Shown here piece by piece: positions 39,232 through 49,516 of a stretch of DNA of 64,000 nt (its first letter is position 1; the number at the start of each line of letters is the position of its first letter). The notes under the pieces were generated by a model, which saw only the letters and a program-made list of their open reading frames with translations, made no database searches and was not told the DNA's origin. The stretch is from Flavobacteriales bacterium (GTDB lineage: Bacteria > Bacteroidota > Bacteroidia > Flavobacteriales_C > GCA-002722245): positions 25,394 to 89,393 of the forward strand of contig JAHEZM010000009.1 in NCBI GenBank assembly GCA_023251075.1, written 5' to 3'. The position numbers and the translations under genes were made by a program.

Positions 39232-39816
39232 TTATTTTATTATTTCTTGAAGATCAATAGTGACGCTGCTTATAGCCGACTCAAAATTTTCGCTGTTGGA
39301 CAAATAACTCGGATTATTTCTTATTCCTAAAACGAAATTCTGTTTTTTCGAGCCCTGAGCATTCCAGATATAGTACCTATCCATACCATTAAATCCTTTT
39401 CCCAAGTGTGATGAATAATAATACAAAAGATCTTCATATAGATTTTTTCCTATGCTGTCATTGTCTACGTAAACGTCAATTGACGCACTCATAAGAACTT
39501 GGTTCTTATCAAAGAGGTATTCACTGAAAATACTATTATTTCCTAAAAATTGTTTGTATCCATCGGCAGATTTACCCTTAATGTAACGATCTCCTTTTTC
39601 TCTTAAAAAAACGCTGTCTTTATGATCTCCTATTTCAATACCTCTGATGGTTTTGGAGATTTTATTCTTTAAATCACTTACCACAGCGTAGAATAATGGT
39701 CCGCTTTTGTAAATGTGTTTTTCTGAGCTTTTGTTCAGCGTATTTTTTTTATCGGCATCTTCATTAGAACAGGAAATGAAAAATCCTATCAACAATATAA
39801 CTAGGAGGTTGCGCAT
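39232..39816 (-). CDS. hypothetical lipoprotein
   Basis: 194 aa with lipobox 'GFFISC|SNED'. No known motifs. Confidence 0.5.
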   Translation of the reverse strand: MRNLLVILLIGFFISCSNEDADKKNTLNKSSEKHIYKSGPLFYAVVSDLKNKISKTIRGIEIGDHKDSVFLREKGDRYIKGKSADGYKQFLGNNSIFSEYLFDKNQVLMSASIDVYVDNDSIGKNLYEDLLYYYSSHLGKGFNGMDRYYIWNAQGSKKQNFVLGIRNNPSYLSNSENFESAISSVTIDLQEIIK

Positions 39817-39820
39817 AAAC

Positions 39821-40990
39821 TTATTTAATCTTTAACATATCAAATGTTGCATTTAAGTAGAGGAAAAAATCATCTGGTAATTTGTGTTCAGGATTTGAAA
39901 TCCTTTCCCTACCTAAGCGAACAATAATGATATCTAAATCAGGAATGCAAATTACATATTGTCCGTTCAAGCCAATCGGACTAAATACTTTGTGGCCTCT
40001 AAATTCTCCCAACCACCATCCATAGCCATAGCGGGTGGTAGGCTTGTTGTCTAATTCATCAATAATGGGTGCGGGTTGTACAGAAGCAGTCATATAATCT
40101 AAAGCAACAATCGTTTTTCCATTCACTTTTCCGCTATCCATATACAGTTTACCTAATCGTGCAAAATCTCTTGCGGTAGCATAAAAGCTACTGAATGATT
40201 TTTCATCACCATCTTCATGATCCAAATTCCATAAAGCAAAATGTTCTGCGTGAATTTCATTCCACAATTTTTGTTCGCAGTAGGTGGATATTTTCATTCC
40301 TAATGCTTTTTCTAAAACGAAGGAGAGAATTAAGGTATTTCCACTTCTGTATTCAAAAGTTTTTCCAGGTTCTTTTACCACTTCATAATGAGTTACCAAT
40401 TCTTTTAAATTATCGCCATAATAAGCTTTTGCTGGTGAACCAAAAGGATCTTTATAGGGTTCATCAAAATTGAATCCACTACTCATGGTTACTAAATTTT
40501 TGATAGTTAATTTAGCGGCAAATCCTTCTTTGTATTCAGGTAAAAAATCACTTACCGGTTGATCCAATGATTTTATTTTTCCTTCTTTTAATGCTATTCC
40601 TAGCAAAACACTCACTACCGTTTTACCCATTGAAAAGGAATTTGAAATAGTGTCTTCATTGTAAACTTCCCAATACTTTTCAAACAACAAAGAGTCTTTT
40701 CTAAAAACCAGAAAAGCGCATGATTTCAAAGCTTCGGCGGAGTCGAGGTATTTTTTTGACAAACTATGTTTATTAAATTCTTTGGAAACCGGCCAGGGTT
40801 TAGGATCATTGGCGTTGATCTTTCTATTGTAAAAAATTTCATATTCATCGATGGTTGGACCAGTTTTTCCGGTAAAGTAGGTGTTTACCAAACCCTTGTA
40901 TAAATGAGTGTTATAGGTAGCTACCAACACTATATGGATCACTAAAAATACAGCTGCTATTATGGCTACAATTTTTAAAAAACGCTTCAT
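39821..40990 (-). CDS. serine hydrolase of the beta-lactamase/transpeptidase-like superfamily (class C/PBP4-like)
   Basis: 389 aa with an N-terminal TM/signal. 'FSMGKTVVSVLLGIAL' contains the SxxK active-site motif. 'YRSGN' resembles the Y(S)xN second motif. Confidence 0.7.
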   Translation of the reverse strand: MKRFLKIVAIIAAVFLVIHIVLVATYNTHLYKGLVNTYFTGKTGPTIDEYEIFYNRKINANDPKPWPVSKEFNKHSLSKKYLDSAEALKSCAFLVFRKDSLLFEKYWEVYNEDTISNSFSMGKTVVSVLLGIALKEGKIKSLDQPVSDFLPEYKEGFAAKLTIKNLVTMSSGFNFDEPYKDPFGSPAKAYYGDNLKELVTHYEVVKEPGKTFEYRSGNTLILSFVLEKALGMKISTYCEQKLWNEIHAEHFALWNLDHEDGDEKSFSSFYATARDFARLGKLYMDSGKVNGKTIVALDYMTASVQPAPIIDELDNKPTTRYGYGWWLGEFRGHKVFSPIGLNGQYVICIPDLDIIIVRLGRERISNPEHKLPDDFFLYLNATFDMLKIK

Positions 40991-41111
40991 ATTATTGATT
41001 TGTTTGCTTTACGGTTGATTTTGTTTTATTGTTGCTTAAATTTAAAGATACTTTATTTTCGCAATGCAGTAACATTGTATAAAAAAGCAGATCTTAACAA
41101 AAAACTACGGT

Positions 41112-41858
41112 ATGAGAAAATCAATTTTTGCTTGCCTTTTGCTTGCTTTTCTAGTCATCTTTAATGGCTGTATGATGAACAAAAAGGAAATGACTAAAGT
41201 TCATAAAATAGCCATTGTGTCGTTGTCATGCGACAAAAGCTTGTATCAAAGTAATCCCAATTTTTTGAATCTATTGGTTAGTGGTTTGATGAGTGATTCT
41301 ATAAAATTACATGCTTACGCAGAGAGGTTAAGAAATCGAGCCAATACAGAAATGTTTTCTAGCTTAAGAGCCTCAGTTATTCCACTCGATTCAGTAAGCA
41401 ACCAAAAAAATTATCTTTCTCTAAAGAATTTTATAACGGGCTCTTATAGTGGGTACAATTGGGATATTACTTGCCCGAAGGGATCTAAAATGACAGATAA
41501 TTATGCCTTAAATAATTACAATATTTTGAATGAAATGTATCCCGATGTTAATGCTTATGTTTTTATTCGAGTTCATTATCAAATTCAAGTAATGGCAGGG
41601 ATGGGTAAGAGTTTTGTTCAAGTTGGTTTAGCCAAAATTATTGCTGTTTACGATGTATCGATTCACAATAGGGATGGAAAAAGAATATTTTACGAGCAAA
41701 TGAGAGGTTATAGTCATGATACTTTTCCTTACCTCATAACACCTTGTTTTAATGAAGATAGCAGAGTTCCTTTGCAACAGGCAGATGAAAGGGCTTATAA
41801 AAGGGTGACTGAATTTCTCACAAAGAAATTCGGATCAATCTATACTGCATCCAAATAA
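41112..41858 (+). CDS. hypothetical lipoprotein
   Basis: 248 aa with lipobox 'VIFNGC|MMNKKE'. Confidence 0.5.
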   Translation: MRKSIFACLLLAFLVIFNGCMMNKKEMTKVHKIAIVSLSCDKSLYQSNPNFLNLLVSGLMSDSIKLHAYAERLRNRANTEMFSSLRASVIPLDSVSNQKNYLSLKNFITGSYSGYNWDITCPKGSKMTDNYALNNYNILNEMYPDVNAYVFIRVHYQIQVMAGMGKSFVQVGLAKIIAVYDVSIHNRDGKRIFYEQMRGYSHDTFPYLITPCFNEDSRVPLQQADERAYKRVTEFLTKKFGSIYTASK

Positions 41859-42533
41859 TTCGCTCAAATGTTTTTTTAGTTTTTTAGCTACTTCGCTCAT
41901 TTCAACGGGTTGTTTTAATTCGAGATGAAGTGAAGTCACTTTTTTATCATTGATACCGCAAGGAATGATATTGTTGAAATAATGTAAATCAGAATTCACA
42001 TTTAAAGCAAAGCCGTGCATGGTAATCCATCTGCTGCAACGAACGCCCATTGCGCAAATTTTTCGTGCTTTAAACGGGTCTTGATAATCTAACCAAACAC
42101 CCGTTAATCCTTCAATTCTTCCGCTTTCAATGTTGTATTCTTTAAGCGTTAGAATAACGGCTTCTTCTAAATAACGAAGGTATTTATGAATGTCGGTGAA
42201 GAATTGATCGAGGTCTAAAATAGGATAGCCTACTAATTGTCCCGGACCATGATAAGTAATATCCCCACCCCGATTTATTTTATAGAAAGTAGCTTTATTT
42301 TCCTCTAGTTCTTCCTGATTGATAAGAAGGTGACTACTATCGCCGCTTTTACCCAAAGTATAAACGTGAGGATGCTCGCAAAAAAGCAAATGGTTTTTAA
42401 TTTCTTTTTGGTCTTCGGGGTTTTTGCGATTGTACAATTTCAACTCGGTTGATTCATTGAAAAGCTTTTCTTGAAAGTCCCAAGCAGCTTTATAATCAAT
42501 GAGTCCGAGATTTTGGAAAAGTACCTTTGGCAT
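41835..42533 (-). CDS. lipB: lipoyl(octanoyl) transferase
   Basis: 232 aa with 'HPHVYTLGKSG', 'RGGDITYHGPGQLVGYPILDL' and 'KICAMGVRCSRWITMHGFALNV', which are the LipB catalytic Lys/Cys region motifs. Confidence 0.9.
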   Translation of the reverse strand: MPKVLFQNLGLIDYKAAWDFQEKLFNESTELKLYNRKNPEDQKEIKNHLLFCEHPHVYTLGKSGDSSHLLINQEELEENKATFYKINRGGDITYHGPGQLVGYPILDLDQFFTDIHKYLRYLEEAVILTLKEYNIESGRIEGLTGVWLDYQDPFKARKICAMGVRCSRWITMHGFALNVNSDLHYFNNIIPCGINDKKVTSLHLELKQPVEMSEVAKKLKKHLSELFGCSID

Positions 42534-42609
42534 GTGCTAAAGATACGAAAGGAAATAATTAAATGATGAGCCTCTGTAGGTATTTATATTCTACCCCCAC
42601 ACATTCAGT

Positions 42610-42963
42610 TTATTTTTGTTTGCATAATTCTCCTTTTTTAATTTGAATTTTTTCGTTGTTGTTAAATTTATCTGTTACTTTTTTTTCCAATTGATCCAGG
42701 CATTTTTGTTCATTCGATTGAATACAAATATCTTTTTCACCTTCTCTTCCCCAGTTTACAATGTTGTAGCTTACCTCACATTTTTTAAATTCTTCCATCA
42801 TTTTTTTTATCTCACTAAAAGCTTTGCTGTCAATACCACTTCCTTTGCTGATAAAGGAAATAGTGAGGTGAGAAGCTTCTGTTTTTGCTTGTGCAGTTTC
42901 GCTATTTTTTTTTGTAGAATGGCAGGCAAAAAAAAATAAAAGCAAAATAGTATACAACTTCAT
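42610..42963 (-). CDS. small hypothetical lipoprotein
   Basis: 117 aa with lipobox 'FFFAC|HSTKK'. Cys-containing and K/E-rich. Confidence 0.45.
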   Translation of the reverse strand: MKLYTILLLFFFACHSTKKNSETAQAKTEASHLTISFISKGSGIDSKAFSEIKKMMEEFKKCEVSYNIVNWGREGEKDICIQSNEQKCLDQLEKKVTDKFNNNEKIQIKKGELCKQK

Positions 42964-42967
42964 ATCG

Positions 42968-44215
42968 TTATTTTATAACGGTTAAAGGTTGTGATACGAT
43001 ACCCGAATCACTTATTATGGAAACAATATAGAACCCATTGTTTAAAGCAGACACATTAAGTAGGATTGTATTTTCGTTGGTAGCCATATCTTTTTTTGTA
43101 AGCACTTCTTTTCCGTTTACATCATAAACATGCACTTCGATGTAACGCGTGTTAGAAGAGGCATTAATGTTCACAATGTTTTCAGCGGGATTAGGGTAAA
43201 TAGTAATTCCTTTTTCACTCAGAGTATTCAAACTTGTAGCATTTGCGCACACATTTGCAGTTAGCAATGAGGCTCTGCTTCCTGTTAAAGCAGCCCTCAT
43301 TCGGTCTTTTTGCCCTTTGGTAAACATGGCCATACAATTGTCGTCGGAGTAGTCGAGATAATTCATAAACATTTCCCCATTTGCTCCGCTACATCCGTTG
43401 TTCGGATTACTGGGAAATGTTGGACAACCAGCGCTTTCTGCTTTCTGAGGCTCTGTGTCGGCAACCAGGTCATCTCCACAGTCGGCATCTCCCCAAATAT
43501 GTGCTAAGTCTAAATAATGACCAATTTCGTGAGTTGCGGTTCTGCCCAGGTTAAAAGGGGCGTTTCCTGATAACCCAAAATTATTTGCGGCAATTACAAC
43601 GCCATCTGTGGCATCGTTCGTTCCGGGCATTGTTGCATATCCTAGCGTAGAAGCGTCGTTGCCTTCAAAAGTGGTGACCCAGATATTTAGATATTTGGTG
43701 CGATCCCATGCGGTGGAGGGTTTCACTTGAGTATCGAAGTTATCTACAGTCCAAGCGGCTTTTCCCATATTGTGACGAGTAATACCAGTGGATGCGTTTC
43801 CATTGGGATCTTTATTTACCAGACAGAATTCTATTTCACAATCGGCCGTTACACTATAGAATGCATGATTGTTTGGTAAAGCATTGGTATTGAGTAATCG
43901 ATAATCCTGATTTATTACATCAATCTGTGATTTAATTTGTGCGTCAGAAATATTTTGTCCGTTACCCACTGCTTCGCCATTGTGAATTACGTGAACTACT
44001 ACTGGGATAGTTAATATATTTCCTGAACGATAATCATTTTGGGCTTTGTAGTTTTGTGTAGCGCTTTCAATCGCTTGTCGGTTTTGGACATACGCAACAT
44101 CATTTTTCATTTTTTTTAAATGTAATTCATGACTTGCACACTTTCGTTTTTGATTTTGTCCGAAAGAGCAAATGCTTATAACAAGCATCAGAATAGATAA
44201 AGAAATTACTCGCAT
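42968..44215 (-). CDS. secreted M43-like (pappalysin/cytophagalysin-type) zinc metalloprotease with a type-A T9SS C-terminal sorting domain
   Basis: 415 aa with a signal peptide. 'TATHEIGHYLDLAHIWGD' fits HExxHxxxxxH. The C-terminus 'GITIYPNPAENIVNINASSNTRYIEVHVYDVNGKEVL...GFYIVSIISDSG' matches the Por_Secre_tail pattern. Confidence 0.75.
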   Translation of the reverse strand: MRVISLSILMLVISICSFGQNQKRKCASHELHLKKMKNDVAYVQNRQAIESATQNYKAQNDYRSGNILTIPVVVHVIHNGEAVGNGQNISDAQIKSQIDVINQDYRLLNTNALPNNHAFYSVTADCEIEFCLVNKDPNGNASTGITRHNMGKAAWTVDNFDTQVKPSTAWDRTKYLNIWVTTFEGNDASTLGYATMPGTNDATDGVVIAANNFGLSGNAPFNLGRTATHEIGHYLDLAHIWGDADCGDDLVADTEPQKAESAGCPTFPSNPNNGCSGANGEMFMNYLDYSDDNCMAMFTKGQKDRMRAALTGSRASLLTANVCANATSLNTLSEKGITIYPNPAENIVNINASSNTRYIEVHVYDVNGKEVLTKKDMATNENTILLNVSALNNGFYIVSIISDSGIVSQPLTVIK

Positions 44216-44377
44216 AATTTAACGTTTAATAAGTTAATAAATATGCAGCAGTACAGCAGTTTGAAAACCAATATAAGGATATTAAAGTGCTTGACGAAAA
44301 TAATTTTTTGAATAAATGTAGAAGCAGAAGTCTAGTCGGTCATACTGGATAAGTTCGTTTTGCTAAACTCATGTCAA

Positions 44378-45379
44378 TTATTTTAAAATCGCCAACGCCT
44401 CTTTTAACTCATCAATCACTGCAATTTCAATTGGGTCAATCGCTCTTTTTTCTGCGATTAAAACAGAAGCCCAGTCGCCTAAATGAATGAAGTAAATTGA
44501 CTTTTCGAGCATATTGTTTCCTTTTGAATATAACTCGGTAACAGAACTCACCAAAGGTTTTAGTTTGCTTATAACGAAATCGGTTCTTTTAGCTGTTCTG
44601 TAAAAATCTTCTTCGTTTCTAAAAACAACTAAAGCTGTGTTTTTATGTTCTTCAGTCCAGCCTACAATTTCATTGTGGCACAACTCCGGAAGTTTATGGT
44701 GCCAGCACAACATTTTAGAATTTTCGTTGATTTGTTGACGGAAGCGAATGGCTATACCTTCGTAATTATCGGCACTGTAAATTACAGGAATCTTATTCAA
44801 TAATTTCTCTGCCAACGCATCAGCAGTTCTAATGATATTTTCTTTTTCAGCCAACAATAGATCTGCTGCAGTACCAACCTGTTCGGTGTATTTAGAAGAA
44901 ATGAGATTGTATTTTTCTAGAATGAATAACTGTTGTGTTAAAGAGTAACCCATGGTAGAACGTGGAGGCATTCCCGGAGGGTTGATGATGTGGTTGTAGC
45001 CGTGTTGCTTACAAATTTCTAAAACTTTTCCGCCGGTAGTTACTGCTGCAATTTCTGCGTTGGCTTTAATAGCCTGTTCTATAGTAAATAATGTTTCTTC
45101 TGTATTTCCAGAGTAAGAGGAAGCGATCACTAAAGTGTTTTCGTTTACGAAAGCAGGAATGTGATAATCGTTGCAAGTTAAAATAGGAACTTTGCATTCA
45201 TTGCCCACAATCTGACTCACCACCGTTCCGCCAATACCCGAACCACCCAAACCGCAAATCAACACATTTTTAATTTCGTTTTTTGCCGGTTTAAAAGTTG
45301 CGGCTTTGCCTATTTCAATTGCTTTTTTAAGTTGCGCAGGAAATTTTTCTACTAAAGTCTTCATGATGTTATTTTTCAA
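44378..45379 (-). CDS. bifunctional phosphoglucose/phosphomannose isomerase family protein (double SIS domain)
   Basis: 333 aa with 'VLICGLGGSGIGG' (SIS phosphosugar-binding loop) and a second SIS-like half. Confidence 0.7.
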   Translation of the reverse strand: MKNNIMKTLVEKFPAQLKKAIEIGKAATFKPAKNEIKNVLICGLGGSGIGGTVVSQIVGNECKVPILTCNDYHIPAFVNENTLVIASSYSGNTEETLFTIEQAIKANAEIAAVTTGGKVLEICKQHGYNHIINPPGMPPRSTMGYSLTQQLFILEKYNLISSKYTEQVGTAADLLLAEKENIIRTADALAEKLLNKIPVIYSADNYEGIAIRFRQQINENSKMLCWHHKLPELCHNEIVGWTEEHKNTALVVFRNEEDFYRTAKRTDFVISKLKPLVSSVTELYSKGNNMLEKSIYFIHLGDWASVLIAEKRAIDPIEIAVIDELKEALAILK

Positions 45380-45511
45380 TAAGGATGTGGCTAAAGTAAA
45401 TCATTTCTGCAATATTTTCCAATGGGCGTTATTTCATATAGCCTTTGCTACCTGGAAATTTGAGTTTTACTCCTTAAAAACGTATGTTTGTTTTCAATAA
45501 AAAGAGGAAAT

Positions 45512-47239
45512 ATGTCAATTGAACTATCAGAACAAGAATTAGTAAGAAGAGAGAATTTAAAGAAAGCCATTGATGCAGGAATTAATCCTTATCCTGCCGA
45601 GCTTTTCGAGGTAAATTGTTCAGCCAAAGAGATTCATGAAAATTACAACAATGATAAATTAGGCTACAAGAATATTAGCATTGCCGGGCGATTGATGCGT
45701 CAGCGTATTATGGGAAAGGCTTCTTTTGCTGAGTTGCAGGATTCATCGGGAAGAATTCAACTGTATATCAACAGAGATGATTTGTGCCCGGGAGAAGATA
45801 AATTCCTTTATAATGATTTCTTCAAAAAGATTTTAGATATAGGCGATATTATTGGCATCAAAGGTTATGTTTTCACAACTCAAGTAGGTGAAATTTCTAT
45901 TCACGTTACCGAGATTACATTACTAAGTAAAACTTTGCGCAACCTGCCAATGCCGGTAGAAGATGCGGAAGGAAAAGTGCATGATGCATTTACTGATACT
46001 GAGCAAAGATATCGTCAGCGTTATGTAGATTTAATTGTGAATCCGCAGGTGAAAGATGCGTTTATCAAAAGAACTCAATTAACGAATTCAATGCGTTCGT
46101 TCTTAAACAATAGAGGTTACCTAGAAGTAGAAACTCCTATTCTTCAACCTTTGTATGGGGGAGCTGCAGCGCGTCCGTTTAAAACACACCACAACACTTT
46201 AGATCAAACTTTGTATTTGCGAATTGCGAATGAGTTGTATTTGAAAAGATTGATTGTGGGTGGATTCGACGGAGTTTATGAATTTGCAAAAGATTTTAGA
46301 AACGAAGGAATGAGCCGTTTTCACAATCCTGAGTTTACACAAATGGAGCTGTATGTTGCTTACAAAGATTATGCTTGGATGATGGATATGGTGGAAGAGA
46401 TGGTGGAGAAAATTGCTTTAGATTTGCACGATTCAACAGAAATAAAAGTAGGTGAAAATGTAATCAACTTCGAGCGACCGTGGAAGAGATATACGATGTT
46501 TGAAGCGATTAAAGAATTTACAGGAATTGATATTACCGCCTTAGACGAAGCGGGCTTGCGTGAAGCAGCGCAAAAATCGGGAGTTGAAGTTGATGATACC
46601 ATGGGTAAAGCAAAATTGATTGATGAGATTTTTGGAATGCATTGCGAACCAAAATTAATTCAACCTACTTTCATTACCGACTATCCTGTGGAGATGTCGC
46701 CATTGGCTAAAAAGCACCGTTCCAAAGAAGGCTTGGTGGAGCGTTTTGAGTGTATCTGTAACGGAAAAGAAATATGTAATGCTTATTCTGAGTTGAACGA
46801 TCCTATCGATCAGCGCGCTCGTTTTGAAGAGCAATTGGAATTAGGAAAAAGAGGGGATGAGGAAGCAATGATGCTGGATGAAGATTTTCTTCGCGCTATT
46901 GAATACGGCATGCCACCAACGGCAGGATTAGGAATTGGTATCGATCGTTTGTCGATGATCATGACCAACTCCAATTCAATTCAAGATGTGTTGTTCTTCC
47001 CGCAAATGCGTCCGGAGAAAAAAGAGAAACAGGCATCTCCTGAGGAGTATAAGGCAGTAGGTATTGCAGCTACATGGGTGCCGGCGTTGCAAAAAGCAGG
47101 ATACAAAACCATTGAATTGCTGAAAGCAGCTAACCCCAATAAACTGCACCAAGAAATTGCGGGCTTCAGAAAGAAAAATAAAATTGAAGAAGTACTTCCA
47201 ACTTTAGATGAGGTTAAGGCGTGGACAAAATCAGAGTGA
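45512..47239 (+). CDS. lysS: lysine--tRNA ligase (class II) with a C-terminal extension
   Basis: It contains '[13 protein letters not shown]' and 'FEIGKDFRNEG'-like '[26 protein letters not shown]' (motif 2), plus '[12 protein letters not shown]' (motif 3). The ORF-track start 45488 is a TTG. The first ATG is at 45512. Confidence 0.9.
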   Translation: MSIELSEQELVRRENLKKAIDAGINPYPAELFEVNCSAKEIHENYNNDKLGYKNISIAGRLMRQRIMGKASFAELQDSSGRIQLYINRDDLCPGEDKFLYNDFFKKILDIGDIIGIKGYVFTTQVGEISIHVTEITLLSKTLRNLPMPVEDAEGKVHDAFTDTEQRYRQRYVDLIVNPQVKDAFIKRTQLTNSMRSFLNNRGYLEVETPILQPLYGGAAARPFKTHHNTLDQTLYLRIANELYLKRLIVGGFDGVYEFAKDFRNEGMSRFHNPEFTQMELYVAYKDYAWMMDMVEEMVEKIALDLHDSTEIKVGENVINFERPWKRYTMFEAIKEFTGIDITALDEAGLREAAQKSGVEVDDTMGKAKLIDEIFGMHCEPKLIQPTFITDYPVEMSPLAKKHRSKEGLVERFECICNGKEICNAYSELNDPIDQRARFEEQLELGKRGDEEAMMLDEDFLRAIEYGMPPTAGLGIGIDRLSMIMTNSNSIQDVLFFPQMRPEKKEKQASPEEYKAVGIAATWVPALQKAGYKTIELLKAANPNKLHQEIAGFRKKNKIEEVLPTLDEVKAWTKSE

Positions 47240-47261
47240 GAGTGGGAGTGAGAAAACAGAC

Positions 47262-48257
47262 ATGAAGACAAGATCAATAGGAATACTAGGAGGAGGAAGC
47301 TGGGCAACAGCGTTAAGCAAAATATTGCTGAATAATGTAGAACACTTGAACTGGTGGATGCGTGATCTCGCTTCTATTGAAAATGTTCGTGAGTTTGGTC
47401 ATAATCCGAAATATTTAAGAGATGTTGAATTCAATGTTTCTAAGTTGAGTTTGAATGACAATATTCGTGAGGTAATAGCTCAATCGGAAATATTGGTAGT
47501 GGCTATTCCATCTGCCTTTTTGCACGATGCTTTGAAGGATTGCAGTAAAGACGATTTCAAAGGAAAATTGATTGTATCGGCTATAAAGGGAATTATCCCT
47601 CAATACAATTTAGTTCCTGCCGATTATTTCTCACAGCATTGGGATGTAAATATTAATGATATTGGAATTATTGCCGGACCTTGCCACGCCGAAGAAGTAG
47701 CCTTAGAGCGCCTTTCATACCTTACGGCAGCTTTCATGGAAGAAAGCAAAGCGATAGAATTCACTAGTTTTTTAAAATGTCGCTACATCAATGTTTCTTA
47801 TAATGATGATTTAATTGGCACCGAATATTGTGCAGTACTTAAAAACGTATATGCCATTGCCAATGGTATTTGTAACGGTTTAGGCTATGGAGATAATTTT
47901 CAGGCCGTGTTGGTTTCCAACGCCATTCGCGAAGCGGAATTTTTGCTGGACAAAGTGAGTCCGAAACATCGGGATGTAAAAAGTTCGGCTTATCTAGGAG
48001 ATCTTCTAGTGACTTGCTATTCTCAATTCAGTCGCAATAGAACTTTCGGGAACATGATAGGAAAAGGGTATTCTGTAAAGAACACCATGATGGAAATGAA
48101 CATGGTTGCTGAAGGTTATTATGCTACAAAATGTATAGAAGAAATTCGTGTAGCACACGCTGTAGAAATGCCCATTTTTCAAGCGGTATTTGATATCCTA
48201 TACCAAAACAGAAATGCGAAGAAGACGATGATTGGCTTGCAGGATAAGCTTATTTAG
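47262..48257 (+). CDS. gpsA: NAD(P)H-dependent glycerol-3-phosphate dehydrogenase
   Basis: 'IGILGGGSWATALSKIL' is the NAD-binding motif. 'AIKGI' and 'NVSYNDDLIGTEYCAVLKNVYAIANGI' are present. The ORF-track start 47208 overlaps the lysS 3' end. The ATG at 47262 follows 'gaaaacagac'. Confidence 0.9.
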   Translation: MKTRSIGILGGGSWATALSKILLNNVEHLNWWMRDLASIENVREFGHNPKYLRDVEFNVSKLSLNDNIREVIAQSEILVVAIPSAFLHDALKDCSKDDFKGKLIVSAIKGIIPQYNLVPADYFSQHWDVNINDIGIIAGPCHAEEVALERLSYLTAAFMEESKAIEFTSFLKCRYINVSYNDDLIGTEYCAVLKNVYAIANGICNGLGYGDNFQAVLVSNAIREAEFLLDKVSPKHRDVKSSAYLGDLLVTCYSQFSRNRTFGNMIGKGYSVKNTMMEMNMVAEGYYATKCIEEIRVAHAVEMPIFQAVFDILYQNRNAKKTMIGLQDKLI

Positions 48258-48273
48258 TATTTCGTTTAGAAAG

Positions 48274-48322
48274 AATCATCACCGATATTATGCAATTCAT
48301 TTGCATAATATCGGTGATGATT
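48274..48322 (+). terminator. 22-bp perfect inverted repeat hairpin 17 nt after the gpsA stop (putative terminator or protein-binding palindrome)
   Basis: 'aatcatcaccgatattatgcaa-ttcat-ttgcataatatcggtgatgatt' is followed by 'ttgtatatttg'. The stem is unusually long and perfect. Confidence 0.6.
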
Positions 48323-48338
48323 TTGTATATTTGAAATT

Positions 48339-49496
48339 ATGATAGAGCGTTTTGTATCAGGAAAATTAAAAAGCTTGTTGGGTTATTTTCCAGTAACGGC
48401 GATAGTTGGACCACGACAGGTGGGCAAAACCACATTGGCTCGACTCATTGTAAAATCAATAAAGAAAGAGAGTATTTACATTGATTTGGAAAACGATAAA
48501 GATAGAGCAAAGCTAGAAGACCCTATTTTATTTTTTGAGAATAACATGCATAAATGTGTGATTTTAGATGAAATTCAACGTATGCCTGAACTCTTTCCTA
48601 CACTACGATCGATGATCGACCAGAAAAGAGAGGCGGGAAGATTTGTGGTTTTGGGTTCTGCCTCGCCCGATTTAATTAGAGACTCATCAGAATCATTAGC
48701 AGGAAGAATAGCCTATATTGAATTATCGCCATTTAATATTTCAGAGCTACCTAAAAGAAAGGAAAAACAACAAATTCATTGGCTAAGAGGCGGTTTTCCC
48801 GATGCTTATTTAGCGCCTTCAGATGAACTTTGTTCTGATTGGCAAATGAATTTCATTAAGACTTATGTTGAACGCGATTTGCCTGCTTTAGGGTTAAATG
48901 TAGATAGAAATATTTTGCGGAAATTATGGCAAATGATTGCCCATTCTCATGGCAGTATTTTGAATATGGCGAACCTAGGAAAATCATTGGAGTTAAGTAT
49001 AAATACCATTAAGCGTTATCTTTCTTTGATGGAAGCGGCTTTTTTAATTCGTCAGCTACAACCCTATTCTACCAACATGAAAAAGCGATTGGTTAAATCG
49101 CCTAAAATATTTGTGAGGGATAGCGGAATATTGAATCATTTATTGAATATTAATAGTTGGGAAGAAATGGAAGGTCACCCTATGTTGGGAAATTCGTGGG
49201 AAGGATATGTGATAGAGCAGATAATACAGAAATTACCAAAAAACACAGAAGCCTATTTCTACCGAACCCATGATGGAAGTGAAATGGATTTGGTTTTGGT
49301 TCAAGCCAATAAAGTAGTGAATAGTATAGAGATTAAATATGCTTCTATACCTCAATTAACGAAAGGTAATTTATTGGCTTTTGAAGATTTGAAAGCAAAA
49401 AATAACTTTGTGATTACACCAAATAGCGACGATTACTTAATAAGTAAAAATATACGTGTTTGTAGTTTACAGACTTTTATTGGTGAGTATCTGTAG
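48339..49496 (+). CDS. AAA-family ATPase with DUF4143 C-terminal domain ('ATP-binding protein')
   Basis: 385 aa. 'AIVGPRQVGKTTL' is the Walker A motif. 'VILDEIQ' is Walker B. The C-terminal half resembles the DUF4143 region. Confidence 0.75.
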   Translation: MIERFVSGKLKSLLGYFPVTAIVGPRQVGKTTLARLIVKSIKKESIYIDLENDKDRAKLEDPILFFENNMHKCVILDEIQRMPELFPTLRSMIDQKREAGRFVVLGSASPDLIRDSSESLAGRIAYIELSPFNISELPKRKEKQQIHWLRGGFPDAYLAPSDELCSDWQMNFIKTYVERDLPALGLNVDRNILRKLWQMIAHSHGSILNMANLGKSLELSINTIKRYLSLMEAAFLIRQLQPYSTNMKKRLVKSPKIFVRDSGILNHLLNINSWEEMEGHPMLGNSWEGYVIEQIIQKLPKNTEAYFYRTHDGSEMDLVLVQANKVVNSIEIKYASIPQLTKGNLLAFEDLKAKNNFVITPNSDDYLISKNIRVCSLQTFIGEYL

Positions 49497-49516
49497 CGAT
49501 ATATTTTGTAGTATAA

